A stretch of DNA of 64,000 nt from Rebecca billardiae RCC1528 (Eukaryota; Protista; Haptophyta). The notes beneath the pieces are model-generated. The model searched no databases. It saw only the letters and a list, made by a program, of their open reading frames with translations, and was not told the DNA's origin. The stretch lies in the NCBI GenBank assembly GCA_965240325.2, contig OZ251247.1:1054001-1118000 (forward strand), in the 5' to 3' direction. Below, piece after piece: positions 45,233 to 57,300 of the stretch (the stretch's first letter is position 1; every line of letters starts with the position of its first letter). The position numbers and the translations under genes were made by a program.

Positions 45233-46735
45233 TCAGCCTTTGCCACCCGCGGCCAGCGGCGGCAGCCCGTCGATGCGCACGGGCCGCACCAACTCCTCCG
45301 CACCCAGCGCCTCCGCCTCCGCCTCCGCCTCGTCGTCCAGCCGGCGCAGGCCGCGGCCGAGCGCAGCGCACGGCTCACCGCACGAGTGCGCGCCGCCGTC
45401 TGCAGTGGCGAACACAGCGTGGGTGTGGTTGAGCGCGCAATCAACCACGCGCACGTGCGTGAGGGCGTGGAGTAGCGTGGGCAGCCGAACTCGGTCTGCG
45501 CGGCCTGGCAGCGTGCCGAACGTGTGCACGCTGCCGTCCGCGCCCAGCACAGCGCTGCTGTCGCGGCCTCCGCACGCGCGTGCAACATGCACGACACCTG
45601 ACAGCGCCTCCACACGCTTGGGCAGGAGGCGCGCCCAGCCATCGCCGTGGCCGAGGCAGCCAGGCAATCCACCTCCGAAGGTGTGAACGCCACCCGAGGC
45701 ATCCACCACCAGGCTGTGCAACGCGCCCGCGCTCACGTGCACGGCGCGCACGCCCGCAAGCGCCTCGATGCGCCTCGGCGTGAGCTGATGCTCCTCGTCG
45801 CCGTGGCCGAGCCGGCCCAGCTTGCCGTCCCCGCACGAGTAGGCGGCGCCACTGGTTGAGAGCAGTAGCGTGTGCACCCCCCCCGCAGCGAGTCCACCGA
45901 TGCGCACGCCGTCCAGCGCCTCGACGCGCGTCGGCTCACACCGCTGCTTCGTGTCGCCGTGGCCGAGCTGGCCGCAAATATTGTTTCCCCAGCCGTACGC
46001 ACACCCAGCGGCGGTGAGCGCGAGGCTGTGGACTGCACCGGCGGCGATGCACGCCACGACGTCGCAGGTGAGCCCATCGATCAGCTGGAAGGAGTGCCGC
46101 GTGGCTTTGTCGCCCAGCCCGAGCTGGCCGTAGTCGTTGCTGCCGCAGCCGTACACGGCGCCGGCCTCGCTCAGCGCAAGCAGGTGGTGGCCGCCAGCTG
46201 CCACCGCACGCACGCGCTCATCTGAGAGCGCAGCGACGCGCATGGGCCCGCACACCACGTCGGCATGCGCAGCCCCGTGCCCCAGCGCAGCGCGCGCGCG
46301 AGGCTCGCCCGTCTCGTCGTCCTCCTCCTCGCCGCACGTGTGCAGCCCGCCCTCCGCGTCCACAAACGCGCTGAAGTTGTAGCCGCACGCGACGACCGCC
46401 GAGTGGGCGCGCGTACAAGCGTCCACGCACTCGCGTGCAAGCAGTTCGTCAGCCCAGCTGCACGCGCTAGGCGGCAGCGCGGTCGGCAGCGCGCGAGCGT
46501 GCCCGCGCGCGCGCGCTCGCTCGCGCAGCGCGTGCTCGACCGGCGAGCGGCCGCCGGGCGCGCCGCGGAAGAGGCGCGACGTGGCGTTGGCGGCGGCGAG
46601 GTCGCGCACGTCGTCGAAGCAGCGCAGGATGCGCTCGATCAGCTCCACGGGCAGGCCGCCCAGTCCCAGCGCACGCCCCGCCGGTGCGACGACGTGGGCG
46701 CGTCGCTCGTGAGCCGTGCTGTCGGTTGGCGCCAT
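45233..46735 (-). CDS. F-box-like + RCC1-repeat protein, copy L
   Basis: MAPTDST...LPVELIERILRCF...RLFR, RCC1 repeats. Confidence 0.9.
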   Translation of the reverse strand: MAPTDSTAHERRAHVVAPAGRALGLGGLPVELIERILRCFDDVRDLAAANATSRLFRGAPGGRSPVEHALRERARARGHARALPTALPPSACSWADELLARECVDACTRAHSAVVACGYNFSAFVDAEGGLHTCGEEEDDETGEPRARAALGHGAAHADVVCGPMRVAALSDERVRAVAAGGHHLLALSEAGAVYGCGSNDYGQLGLGDKATRHSFQLIDGLTCDVVACIAAGAVHSLALTAAGCAYGWGNNICGQLGHGDTKQRCEPTRVEALDGVRIGGLAAGGVHTLLLSTSGAAYSCGDGKLGRLGHGDEEHQLTPRRIEALAGVRAVHVSAGALHSLVVDASGGVHTFGGGLPGCLGHGDGWARLLPKRVEALSGVVHVARACGGRDSSAVLGADGSVHTFGTLPGRADRVRLPTLLHALTHVRVVDCALNHTHAVFATADGGAHSCGEPCAALGRGLRRLDDEAEAEAEALGAEELVRPVRIDGLPPLAAGGKG

Positions 46736-46992
46736 GGTTTGATCGCCCGCCGGCGCGGCCCGCGCGGAGCGGGCGCAGCCGCTACGACGACGGACGACGG
46801 TTGGCGGGGGGCATTTTCGCGCGGTGACTTCTTGAAGAAATCTCAGAAATCGAGCAGTTTACTGTACTTTTGCGGGGTTCAGTCATGACGAGCTCAGTCG
46901 TCGCTGCAACCTCGTCCGGTCAGTAGAGCCGACGTGCTGCTGCTCGTCGTGTCAGCGCGCGGTGCGACGCGCCGCGCCGGCATACGCGCGCG

Positions 46993-48492
46993 TCAGCCTG
47001 CGCCACCGCCGGCCAGCGGCGGCAGCCCGTCGACGCGCACGGGCAGCGCCCAATCCGCCGCAGCCAGCGCCTCCGCCTCCGCCTCCGCGTCGGGCCGGCG
47101 CACGCCGCGGCCGAGCGCAGCGCACGGCTCACCGCACGAGTGCGCGCCGCCGTCTGCAGTGACAAACAGCGCGTGGGTGCGGCTGAGCGCGCATCCGACC
47201 ACACGCGCGTGCGCGAGGGCGTGGAGCAGCGTGGGCAGCCGCACTTGGTCTGCGCGGCCGGGCAGCGTGCCGAACGTGTGCACGCTGCCGTCAGCGCCCA
47301 GCACCGCGCTGCTCCAGTAGCCAGCGCTGGTGCGCACAGCGTGCACAACACCTGACAGCGCCTCCACACGCTTGGGCAAGTAGAGCCTGCGGCAGTCGCC
47401 GTGGCCCAGACAGCCAGTCAAGCCACCTCCGAAGGTGTGAACGCCACCCGCTGCGTCCACCACCAGGCTGTGCGAACCGCCCGCGCTCACGTGCACCGCG
47501 CGCACGCCCGCGAGCGCCTCGATGCGCCTCGGCGTGTGCCGATCATGCCAGTTGCCGTGGCCGAGCTCGCCCAGGCCGGCGCCACCGCACGAGTAGGTGG
47601 CGCCACTGGCTGAGAGCAGCAACGTGTGGCGCCCACCCGCGGCGATGCCGCCCACGCGCACGCCGTCCAGCACCTCGATGCGCGTCGGCTCCCGCCGGTC
47701 CTTCGTGTCGCCGTGGCCGAGCTGGCCGCTGAGGTTGTGGCCCCAGCTGTACGCACACCCAGCTGCGGTGAGCGCGAGGCTGTGGGTGTAGCCCGCAGCG
47801 ATGCACACCACGGCGTCACACGGGAGCCCAGAGACCAGCTCGAAAGAGTGCCGCGTGGCCTTGTCGCCCAGCCCGAGCTGGCCGAAGCCGTTGTGGCCAC
47901 ACGCGTACACGGCGCCAGCCTCGCTCAGCGCGAGCAGGTGGCCGTAGCCAGAGGCCACCGCGCGCACCCGCACCGTTGCGAGCGCAGCGACCCGCATGGG
48001 CACGCACACCACGTTGGCGTACGCATCACCATGCCCAAGAGCAGCGGGCGCGCGGGGCTCGCCCGTCTCGTCGTCCTTCTCCTCGCCGCACGTGTGCAGC
48101 CCGCCCTCCGCGTCCACAAACGCGCTGAAGCCGCTGCCGCACGCGACGACAGCCAAGTGCGCACGCGCAGCCGCGGCCACGCACTCGCGTGCGAACAGCT
48201 CCTCAGACCAGCTGCACACACTGGGCGGCAGCGCGGGGGGCAGCGCGCGAGCGTGCCCGCGCGCGCGCGCGCGCTCGCGCAGCGCATGCTCGACCGGCGA
48301 GCGGCCGCCGGGCGCGCCGCGGAAGAGGCGCGACGTGGCGTTGGCCGCGGCGAGGTCGCGCACGTCGTCGAAGCAGCGCACAATACGCTCGATCAGCTCC
48401 GCGGGCAGGTCGCTGAGCGCCCGCACGCGCCCCGCCGGAGCGACGAAGTGGGCGGCGGCTCTTCGCTGTTGCCGCCGTGTCGTTGGCGCCAT
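46993..48492 (-). CDS. F-box-like + RCC1-repeat protein, copy M
   Basis: MAPTTRRQQRR leader shared with J; RCC1 repeats. Confidence 0.9.
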   Translation of the reverse strand: MAPTTRRQQRRAAAHFVAPAGRVRALSDLPAELIERIVRCFDDVRDLAAANATSRLFRGAPGGRSPVEHALRERARARGHARALPPALPPSVCSWSEELFARECVAAAARAHLAVVACGSGFSAFVDAEGGLHTCGEEKDDETGEPRAPAALGHGDAYANVVCVPMRVAALATVRVRAVASGYGHLLALSEAGAVYACGHNGFGQLGLGDKATRHSFELVSGLPCDAVVCIAAGYTHSLALTAAGCAYSWGHNLSGQLGHGDTKDRREPTRIEVLDGVRVGGIAAGGRHTLLLSASGATYSCGGAGLGELGHGNWHDRHTPRRIEALAGVRAVHVSAGGSHSLVVDAAGGVHTFGGGLTGCLGHGDCRRLYLPKRVEALSGVVHAVRTSAGYWSSAVLGADGSVHTFGTLPGRADQVRLPTLLHALAHARVVGCALSRTHALFVTADGGAHSCGEPCAALGRGVRRPDAEAEAEALAAADWALPVRVDGLPPLAGGGAG

Positions 48493-48783
48493 GATGACGG
48501 TGTGCCGCCGCCGCAGCGGGCGCAGCTCTCCAGCTCCACCCACTCATTCTATGATTTAACGACACAGGTAGGACGACGCGGGTCTCCTGATTCGTCGGCG
48601 GCAGTGCCCGATCGTCGACACGAAGTCGGCGTTGGTGGCAGAGCATAGCCTGCACCGCGATCGTAAAGCTTGAGCGCGGCCTTGAGCTGCTGAAGCGCGA
48701 TCCACCTGCGCTGCGCGGCTCGCATGGACCTGCTGTGCCCCGAGCAAGGGCGAAAGTGCAGGTCCGGATGTCAGCTGGCAGTC

Positions 48784-49209
48784 TCAGCCGCGGGTAGCAG
48801 CTGGTCGAGCCTGCCCCGTGCTCCCCGGGCGGTCGCGTACGCGCTTGCTGCTCGAGCCAGCTGGCTGGCTGGCGGCGGCTGGCGCTGCGGCGTCGTCCAG
48901 GGTGCGCTTTGCCCGCTGCGGCGACGCCTCCTCGTCGTCCAAGTCGTCGCCCGGGGGCGAGTCTCGGTCATCGTGGAGGGGGGCAGCAGGGGCTGGCGTG
49001 GGCGGTGCAGCGGTCGGCGCCTTGCGCGCCGCCTTGCGCGCCTGGCGTTCCTTGACGGCGCGGCTCGCCGAGGAGCGACGGCTCGATGGAGAACGAATCC
49101 GTCGGCCCTCGGCGTCGCGCCGTTGCCCGCGCTTCCCACGCCGGGGCTTCTTCTTCCGCTTCTGAGAGTGCTGCTGCTCGTCGTTTGCCTGCAGCACCTC
49201 AGCGTCCAT
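48784..49209 (-). pseudogene. Basic, NLS-rich ORF fragment beside the (TA)n, probably the 5' part of a transposon gene
   Basis: MDAEVLQANDEQQHSQKRKKKPRRGKRG...; starts about 65 bp from the TA tract; no family recognised. Confidence 0.35.
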
Positions 49210-49294
49210 GCCCTGCGCGGCGGGCGGGCGAACCGGCGGGGGAGGGAGCAACCGCGCGCGGTCTTTTCTTTATTATATATATATATATATATAT

Positions 49295-51010
49295 GTGGCG
49301 TTATTGGCACAATAACTGAGTGTCTAAGAGCGACACCAAGATCCGGCTCGCTTGGCATCATCAACCAGCTGTCCGGCCGGGGCGCCCGCCGCCCAGCGCG
49401 CGCAGTCCTGGTCGGACCCCTTTTCGGCAGCCAATCCGGTCGGCACCGGGCACCGCCTGCAGGACTTGCTCGGCGATTCCTGTTCCATCCGCCGAGGCGA
49501 CTCTTCTGGCCTCGGCGCGGCTCGGCCCAAGGTACGGGGGCGCCATGACACAAGGCGCCGAGCCGAGCAGGGGGCCCACGACACCGCACGCTACACTCTC
49601 CTCCGACCACTCTTGTGAGCTCGGCACACAGGAGGTGTATACGCTGCTTTGGTAGTCCCCTCTGCTCGGTGAGGTTGCTGCTGTCAGCGCCTCCGCCCTG
49701 CAGCGCCGCACCGCAGCCGCGTCGTCGCTCGTCCGGCATCACATTCTCGTCCAGCAGCTCACGTGCTGCCGCGTCAGCTCCGCGGCGGCGGTTCACTGTT
49801 TGAGATATGCGCACGCCTCGCGCACGCGCGTCGCGCCATGTGCCGCACGCTCTCGCTCAACACGCGGCACACACCGCGCCACCGCGCGCGCGTGAACGCT
49901 ACGCGCAGTCCCCAATCTTTCTCTTCTTTTTAACGGGATTCATCAACCACTACTTGGACGCCCGCTCTAACTTATAAACGGGACTCACGGGCGCCCTCTC
50001 GACCACGGGCAGCTGCGCCTCCGCACTGCCCGCGCCCGTCGTTCGTTGGTAAAATCCCGACCTATGTAACATGATCGTGTCCCAATCATGATCATCATCG
50101 TGGACTGTCCCAAGACGCAGTTCACGCCACGACCATCCAGCTCTCGGTCGTGCTCGACGCTTCGAGCGAGCAGGGCATGGCGGAGTGGTTAGACGTGGCG
50201 TTATTGGCACAATAACTGAGTGTCTAAGAGCGACACCAAGATCCGGCTCGCTTGGCATCATCAACCAGCTGTCCGGCCGGGGCGCCCGCCGCCCAGCGCG
50301 CGCAGTCCTGGTCGGACCCCTTTTCGGCAGCCAATCCGGTCGGCACCGGGCACCGCCTGCAGGACTTGCTCGGCGATTCCTGTTCCATCCGCCGAGGCGA
50401 CTCTTCTGGCCTCGGCGCGGCTCGGCCCAAGGTACGGGGGCGCCATGACACAAGGCGCCGAGCCGAGCAGGGGGCCCACGACACCGCACGCTACACTCTC
50501 CTCCGACCACTCTTGTGAGCTCGGCACACAGGAGGTGTATACGCTGCTTTGGTAGTCCCCTCTGCTCGGTGAGGTTGCTGCTGTCAGTGCCTCCGCCCTG
50601 CAGCGCCGCACCGCAGCCGCGTCGTCGCTCGTCCGGCATCACATTCTCGTCCAGCAGCTCACGTGCTGCCGCGTCAGCTCCGCGGCGGCGGTTCACCGTT
50701 TGCCCACCCTCCCACCCTCTGTCTGGGATAACGGTGCTGTGCAACCCGTGCTGTCTGGTCAGCCAGATCGGCCGTCGACCTCCGTGACTGACGGACCTCA
50801 CGGGCGCCCTCTCGACCACGGGCAGCTGCGCCTCCGCACTGCCCGCGCCCGTCTGTTCGTTGGTAAAATCCCGACCTATGTAACATGATCGTGTCCCAAT
50901 ATCATGATCATCATCGTGGACTGTCCCAAGACGCAGTTCACGCCACGACCATCCAGCTCTCGGTCGTGCTCGACGCTTCGAGCGAGCAGGGCATGGCGGA
51001 GTGGTTAGAC
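49295..51010. mobile_element. Non-autonomous element with split direct repeats A1-x-B1-A2-y-B2, inserted in (TA)n
   Basis: A1 49295-49802 matches A2 50195-50702 (2 mismatches seen). B1 49984-50194 is near-identical to B2 50797-51010. TA tracts at 49274-49294 and 51011-51024. Confidence 0.85.
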
Positions 51011-51143
51011 ATATATATATATATAAACTCTGCCCTGGCGGGCGGGGGGGTCGGCGGGCCGTGCCAGTGCTGTCGCAATATTTCCCCAGCGGGTTCGCGC
51101 AGCCTTTTATTTAGCGGTTTGACGGGCAGGATGACGAATAACA

Positions 51144-51431
51144 ATGCGACACACAGATGATGGTGAGCTAGGTACCTGACTCACTGACGAATAATAACGC
51201 GACAGATGACTCTGGTGATCTCACCGACAGTGTTAGATTGCGCGTGTATTCGTGCACCCACTGCGCTACTCGTCATCGTGCCGAGCCGATGCGACACACA
51301 GATGATGGTGAGCTAGGTACCTGACTCACTGACGAATAATAACGCGACAGATGACTCTGGTGATCTCACCGACAGTGTGATTGCGCGTGTATTCGTGCAC
51401 CCACTGCGCTACTCGTCATCGTGCCGAGCCG
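51144..51431. repeat. Tandem duplication of about 145 bp
   Basis: 51144-51288 and 51289-51431 are identical except for a 2-bp indel. Confidence 0.93.
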
Positions 51432-51973
51432 TCGACTGCGCGCACGCACTGCCAACTGATTGGCGTGCGACGGCGGCTTGCTTGTGACGCCTGACGGTGA
51501 CGGTTCAATGTCACGGCCGCCACGCTGTGCAACAACGCGTCCAGGTCCAAGCGCTCGTCGGCGCTCGCCGCTTCGCGCGACAGGTCCGGCACCCGCACGT
51601 TCGGCGGTATCAGGAGCTGTCGGCGGTGCGCGCGCGCGCAGTGCGAGAGCGTGTGCCACTCGCGATCGAGGGTGGGCACGCGCTGCTCGAGCAGGCACAG
51701 GAAGCGCAGCGCATGTGCCACTGGCTTCACGACGTCGGCCTCGTCCCGCAGCGCTCGTGTCATGGACAAGGATGGCGCGGCGATCTTGCACGCGCGACGT
51801 TTCATCTCGTCGCGGATGCGCACCTGGGATCGCTTATAGCGCGTTGTCGCCTCAGTCGCCGACTCGCGAAGACGCGATTCCGGCCACGGCGGCAGAACCG
51901 GCAGGTGCGTGCGGTGCGCCTCGTACGCCGCTTCGCGCTGCGCCTCCGTCGCATTGGCCACCGTCGACGCCAT
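51416..51973 (-). pseudogene. Element-borne ORF fragment (MASTVANATEAQRE...), with a frameshifted paralog at about 52893-53657
   Basis: Both units encode LRDEA.VV.PV..AL.F.C..EQR.PTLDREWHTLS; the second copy is split across frames. Confidence 0.55.
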
Positions 51974-54356
51974 GCAGGCCGGACGTGGGCCCCCGAGCGC
52001 CGAGCGATCTTTGGCCGCGAGCTCGCGAGCGCGAAAGATGAGCGCTCGCTCTGGAACGCCACCGACCGTAGCAAACGGATTTGCATGCGCATTGCGCCCG
52101 ACCTTGCCAACCGGGGCACGCGACAGTCCGGTGTGTGGATTCCGGTTATGGTGTTCAGAAGGCCGCGCCAAATCTTGCGTCGCGTGCGATGGCGCTTCCC
52201 GCCCGCGAGACGCCTCGTGATGAGGGCCTTCTCGCACCGAGCCCGACGCGCGACGGTGGATCGCGCGAGGTGGTTGTCGTGCGCAGAGCTTAATACTATG
52301 GCTCGTGCGAGCGCTCAACGTGCAAGTCGGGCGAGGACCGCCCCAGGTCGCACGATCGTGTCGACGCGCCGAGCGTGCCTCCAAACGCGTCGACTTTGGC
52401 CCTCGTTCGACCTGCACGCGAGACGACGAGGGCAGCAATCGCGAATCGGGCGAAAACCCCCCTCGGGAGTCTTCTCACGATGTCCGCTCCGGCGTTGGAT
52501 TCGGCGCGCGCCGCCCACGCGCTCCGCGCCATGGCCGACATGGTTTTCGGCCGAGCGTCCCCAGTGGGAGCTGCGAGGGCGCCCGGTAGTGAGCGAAGCG
52601 ACCCGGCAGTGAGCGAGGCGATTTTCTTTTCTTTGCGAGGCGATTTTCTTTTTTCTTTTTCTTTTTCTTATCTTTTTCCCGGGCACTACAAGGGGCGGAC
52701 CTACGGCCCGCCATATAAACTGTGCCCTGGCGGGCGGGGGGGTCGGCGGGCCGTGCCAGTGCTGTCGCAATGTATCCTTTGCGGGTTCGCGTCAGTTTCC
52801 ACATTCGCTCGTGGCCGTGGGTGACGGACAGTCGAGTGCAAGGACCAGTGACACGTGAAGTTGGCTCACCGACGACGTGATGTACACACGTTTCACGGTC
52901 TGTAGACTGTACTCTTAGAGTATTGTATGCGCATCAGCGAGGCCCACACCCACGAGGGAATGTGCAGCACGCGGGGCGGGGCGGGTAGCCCGTTGCTCCG
53001 CGCGAGCGCGGGTACGCGCTGTATGTGCCGCATGTCGACCGCGATGGCGTAATCGAGCGCCTCGCCGCCGACGAAGCCGCCAGAGTAGATCATGTGCATG
53101 TCCTCCTGCCGCCAGCCGAGAGCGGTCGTCGCGAGGATGCTTGTCGATGTCGGCTCCAGGCATGATGGGCTCGGCGCAGGTCGCGTTGACGTCGTACACG
53201 GCCACCACGCTGAGCACGAGCGCGTTGACGTTCACGCGGTCGTCGCTCTTCGCATCTTCGACAGGTCTGGCGCTCGCGTGCTCGGCGGCACGAGGAGCTG
53301 TTGGTTGTGCGCGCGCGCGCGCACAGCGACAGCGTGTGCCACTCGCGATCGAGAGTGGGCAAGCGCTGCTCACGCGAGCACACGAATCCCAGCGCATCCG
53401 TCACCGGCGTGACGACTTCCGCCTCGTCCCGCAGCGCCTGCGCCATGGACGAGGCCATGGCGCGGCGATGTTGCATGCTCGACGTTTCATCTCTCTGCGG
53501 ATGGCATCACGGGCTTGTCTGTGTCGCGCTGCGGCGAGGGTCGCCAACTCGCGATGACGCGGTTGCTGCCACGGCGACAGACTCGGGAGGTGCGTCCGCT
53601 GCGCGTCGTACGCCGTTGGCGCTGCGCTTCCGTCGCATTGGTCACCGTCGACGCCATGCAGGCCGGACGTGGGCTTCGGCTGAGGGACCGGACCGCGAGC
53701 AATGACTGAGTCCGGTGCGCGGATTCCGGCGATCGAGTTCAGAAGGCCGCGCCAAATCTTGCGTCGCGTGCGATGGCGCTTCCCGCCCGCGAGACGCCTC
53801 GTGATGAGGGCTTTCTCGCACCGAGCCCGACGCGCGACGGTGGATCGCGCGAGGCGGTCATCGTGCGCAGCGCATGATGCTATGGCCGGTGCGAGCTTTC
53901 GACGTGCACGTCGGGCGAGGATCGCCCCAGGTCTCACGATCGTGTCGACGCGCCGAGCGTACCGCTCCAATTGTCCCGAAACGCATCGATTTCGCCCCCG
54001 TTCGACCTGCACGCGAGACGACGAGGGCAGCAATCGCGAATCGGGCGAAACCCCCCCTCGGGAGTCCTCTCACGATGTCCGCGCCGGCGTTGGATTTGGC
54101 GCGCGCGGCCCATGCGCTCCGCGCCATGACGCAACTCTTTTTCGGCCGAGCGTCCCCAGTGGGAGCTGCGAGGGCGCCCGGTAGTGAGCGAAGCGAGTTT
54201 CTTTTCTCTGCGAGGCGATTTTCTTTTTCTTTTTCTTTTTCTTATCTTTTTCCCGGGCACTACAAGGGGCGGACCTACGGCCCGCCATTTCGCCGCCGCG
54301 TCGTGATGACCGGCGTGCCTGGCTACTAAAAAAGAAAGCGGGGCGCCAGCACAGCC

Positions 54357-57300
54357 TTAAGGAGCGACGGCGGCGGTGGCGCCGCCGCCGCCTTCGTCGT
54401 CGGGCGGCGCGGAGAGCAGCAGCGCGAGCACAAGCGCACGCACGCCGCCATCGCTCCCCTCGGCCGCCGTCACGCCCATGAGCAACACCGGCTCCTGCGC
54501 GCGCGCGGCGCGCGCGCGGGCGCGCGGGCGGAACGATCAATGACGAAATTCGCAAGACGAAAGCGCATGCGCGGAGCGCACGGCCGGCGGTGATGAGCCG
54601 CCGAGCCGGGAGTCGGGCCGGCTGGCGCGCACGGCGCCGGGCGGTGGCGGCGGGGCGGCGGCGCGCGGCGTCGCGTGCGCACGTGCGCGCGTGCCGGCGC
54701 ACGGCGCCAAACCGCATGCGCGCGCGCACCAGGAGTGCGTGCAGCAGGACAAGCGCGCAGGCCCACGCCAGCGCCGCCCACGCCGCCACCTCCGGACCCG
54801 GAAAAGTCCGGGAGACGGGGTCCGGTCCGGGGGCTTGCGGGTCTGGGCTCGCAGGCCCCGAGCCGTCGGACTCCACGCCTGCGGCGGCGGCCCAGGGCGC
54901 GCACAGCGCAAGCGCACCCGCCGCCGCGAAGGCGACCGCGGCCGCGGCCGCGCCGAGCGCGCGGCGCCGCGCGGCGCCGAGCGCGCGCGCGGCGCGCACG
55001 GGCGGCGAGCGCGCGGCGCGCTCGAGCCTGCGCTCCGCCTCCTGCGGCGCGGCGGCGGCGGCGCGGCGGCGCGGCGCGGCGCGTGCCGATTGGGGCGTGG
55101 TGTGGTGGCACAGCGGGGGTAGGTAGGGGGTTACGATCGGTCAGGGGCGAGCTGGCAGGTCGAGCGCCGTCCGCGCGCGGCGGCGCGGGCGGCGCGCGTG
55201 CGCGCTCCGCGCCCCCTGGCTGCCTGCGCGCGTGGAGGTAACGGCTTTTGTAACGGCCGCGCGCGCCGCGCGCGCACCAGCACGCTCAGCGCCAGCCAGT
55301 CGAGCAGCGCGCCCAGGGGCACTGTCCCCGCCGCGTCGGTGGCCGTGGGCGCGGGCGTAACGTCTTTCGTAACGGCCACCGTGGGCGCGGGCGAGACGCG
55401 CGCCGCCGCGCGCAGCGGTGAAACGCGCGCCGAGCCGGCCGCTGCGCCACCGCCGCCGCCACCGCCGAGATTGCGATCTCGCGCGCCGCCGCCGCCGAGC
55501 TGCGCGGCGAGCTGCGCGGCGCCGCGCGCCGGCAGCCCGACGCCGAGCGACGCGAGCAGCGCGCCCAGCCGCTCGGCGGGGAGCGCCGTTTCGTCAAAGC
55601 GAAAGGCGGCGGTGGCGCGCGAGATTGCAATCTCGGCGGTGGCGCCGGCGGCGGTGGCAGCGGCGCCGCGCGGCGGCGGCGATGCCGGCGGCGCGGCGGC
55701 GGCGCGGCGGTAGCGCGCGCGCACGAGCCGCACACACGGCGCGCCGAGCACAGCCGCGGCGAACGCGCCGCCGCCGGCCGCGCTGGCGGCGTGCTGTGGC
55801 GTGAGGCCGGCGGCGCGCGGCGGCGCGTGCCTTGGGCGCGGAGGGCTCGGCAGACCGCCGCCGGTCGTCGCCATCTCCTCCGCCGAGCCGCGGCCTGGAG
55901 ATACAATCTCCCGGCCGGGAGATGCAATCTCGCGCCGCGGGGCGCCGCCGTCTGCGGCGCCGCTGGCGCAGTCCGGCGCCCAGTCGTCGTCGCTGTCGGA
56001 TGTGCAGCGCGCGCCCATCCCGCCGCCGTGCGCCGCCGCCGCCGCCAGCTCGCACCCCGCCGGGAGATTGCAATCTCGCTCACACCTGGCCGAGTGCGGC
56101 TGCTGCTGCTGCGTCTGCTGCAGCGGGCAGCCCACCCCGCGCGGCAGCCGCGCGTCGCGCGAGCGCCCAAAGCCCAGGTCGGACAGCCGATTAATCCGGA
56201 CCGCCGGATGCTCTGTGATGGCGACGAGAGAGGCGCGCCGGCTGTCCGCGGCGGCGGCGCCGCCATCCGCCGGATCAGAGTGTCGCCCGGCGCGGCGTTC
56301 GGTGCTCGGCGAGCGCGCGCGCCGGGTGGGCATGCCGCGCGCCGCGCGCGCGCTCTCCATCGCCTCCGCCTGTTCGGTCGACCACCGCCGGTGCTCTGCG
56401 CCTCGGTGCGCGTCCGCCGCCGCCGCGCCGCCGCCGCCGGCGCCACCGACGCAGCCGGCCGGGACGCCGCGCTCGGCGGCGGCCGCGCCCGCCGCGCAGC
56501 CCTCGGCGGCGGCGGCGCCATCGCATGACGCCAGTGTGTTCGTCTCCGGCACACCGGCCAGCCCGCCGAGATTGCAATCTCGGCGTCCGAGGCCGCCGCC
56601 GTGCGCGGCGGCGTCGTGCGCGTGCGCGCCGCCGCCGCCGCCGAGATTGCAATCTCGGCCGCACCCGCCGCCGCCCGCGCCGCAGCAGCCGTGGGCGTCG
56701 GCGCCGCCGCCGCCGAGATTGCAATCTCGGCCGCCGCCGGCGCCGCACTGGGCGTCCAGCCGCGCCGCCCACGCGGCCGTCGCGCCGCCGCCGCCGCCGC
56801 CGCCGAGATTGCAATCTCGGCCGCCGCCGCTGCTTGGGCCGGAGCCGCCGGAGGAGCGCCGGCTCGACACACCGGCTGAGCCCGAGCCGCCGCCGAGATT
56901 GCAATCTCGCCCACCGCTCCCGCCGCCGCTCCCGCCGCTGCCGCAGCCGACGCCGCCGCTGCCGCCGCTGCCGCCGCCGCCGCCGCCGCCGCCGTGCGCG
57001 GAGCCGCTGCCAGCCCCGCGCGCGCCGCCGCCGAGATTGCAATCTCGGCCGCACGCGCCGCCGCCGACGGAGGAGTGGCGCGAGGGCAGCGAGGACGAGA
57101 GTCCGGACGAGAGTCCGGCGCCCGCCGAGCCCCCGGACTGCCCGGACAGCGCGGAGAAGCCCGCGGCCGAGCTCACCGCCGACGGCTGCGAGCCGGTCCG
57201 CTGCTGCGAGCCGCGCGCCGAGCGCCGCAGCTCGGCGGACGAGGAGACGGTATCCTGGCTCGCCATGCGATTTAGCTCCGATCGGAGCCCCTCTGAGCCC

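Larger units (their letters stand above)
51021..54288 (-). mobile_element. Head-to-tail pair of related non-autonomous elements with Helitron2/Helentron-like ends
   Basis: Units 51021-52714 and 52713-54288 share both ends (51021-51099 with 52713-52791; about 51520-52714 with about 53205-54288). On the minus strand the 5' end is GGCGGGCCgtaGGTCCGCC (hairpin). The 3' end has the subterminal inverse ACGGCCCGCC, then a GCCCgccaGGGC stem-loop and TTT. Confidence 0.65.

Noticed and set aside
52684-52692. CACTACAAG as a CACTA/EnSpm terminus (also at 54258)
   Set aside because: It lies about 30 bp inside the repeat unit end, with no matching inverted terminus or 3-bp TSD.
56567-57046. Regularly spaced palindromes resembling CRISPR repeats
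   Set aside because: The repeat is only 14-18 bp, spacing is irregular, and the intervening DNA is in-frame low-complexity coding sequence.
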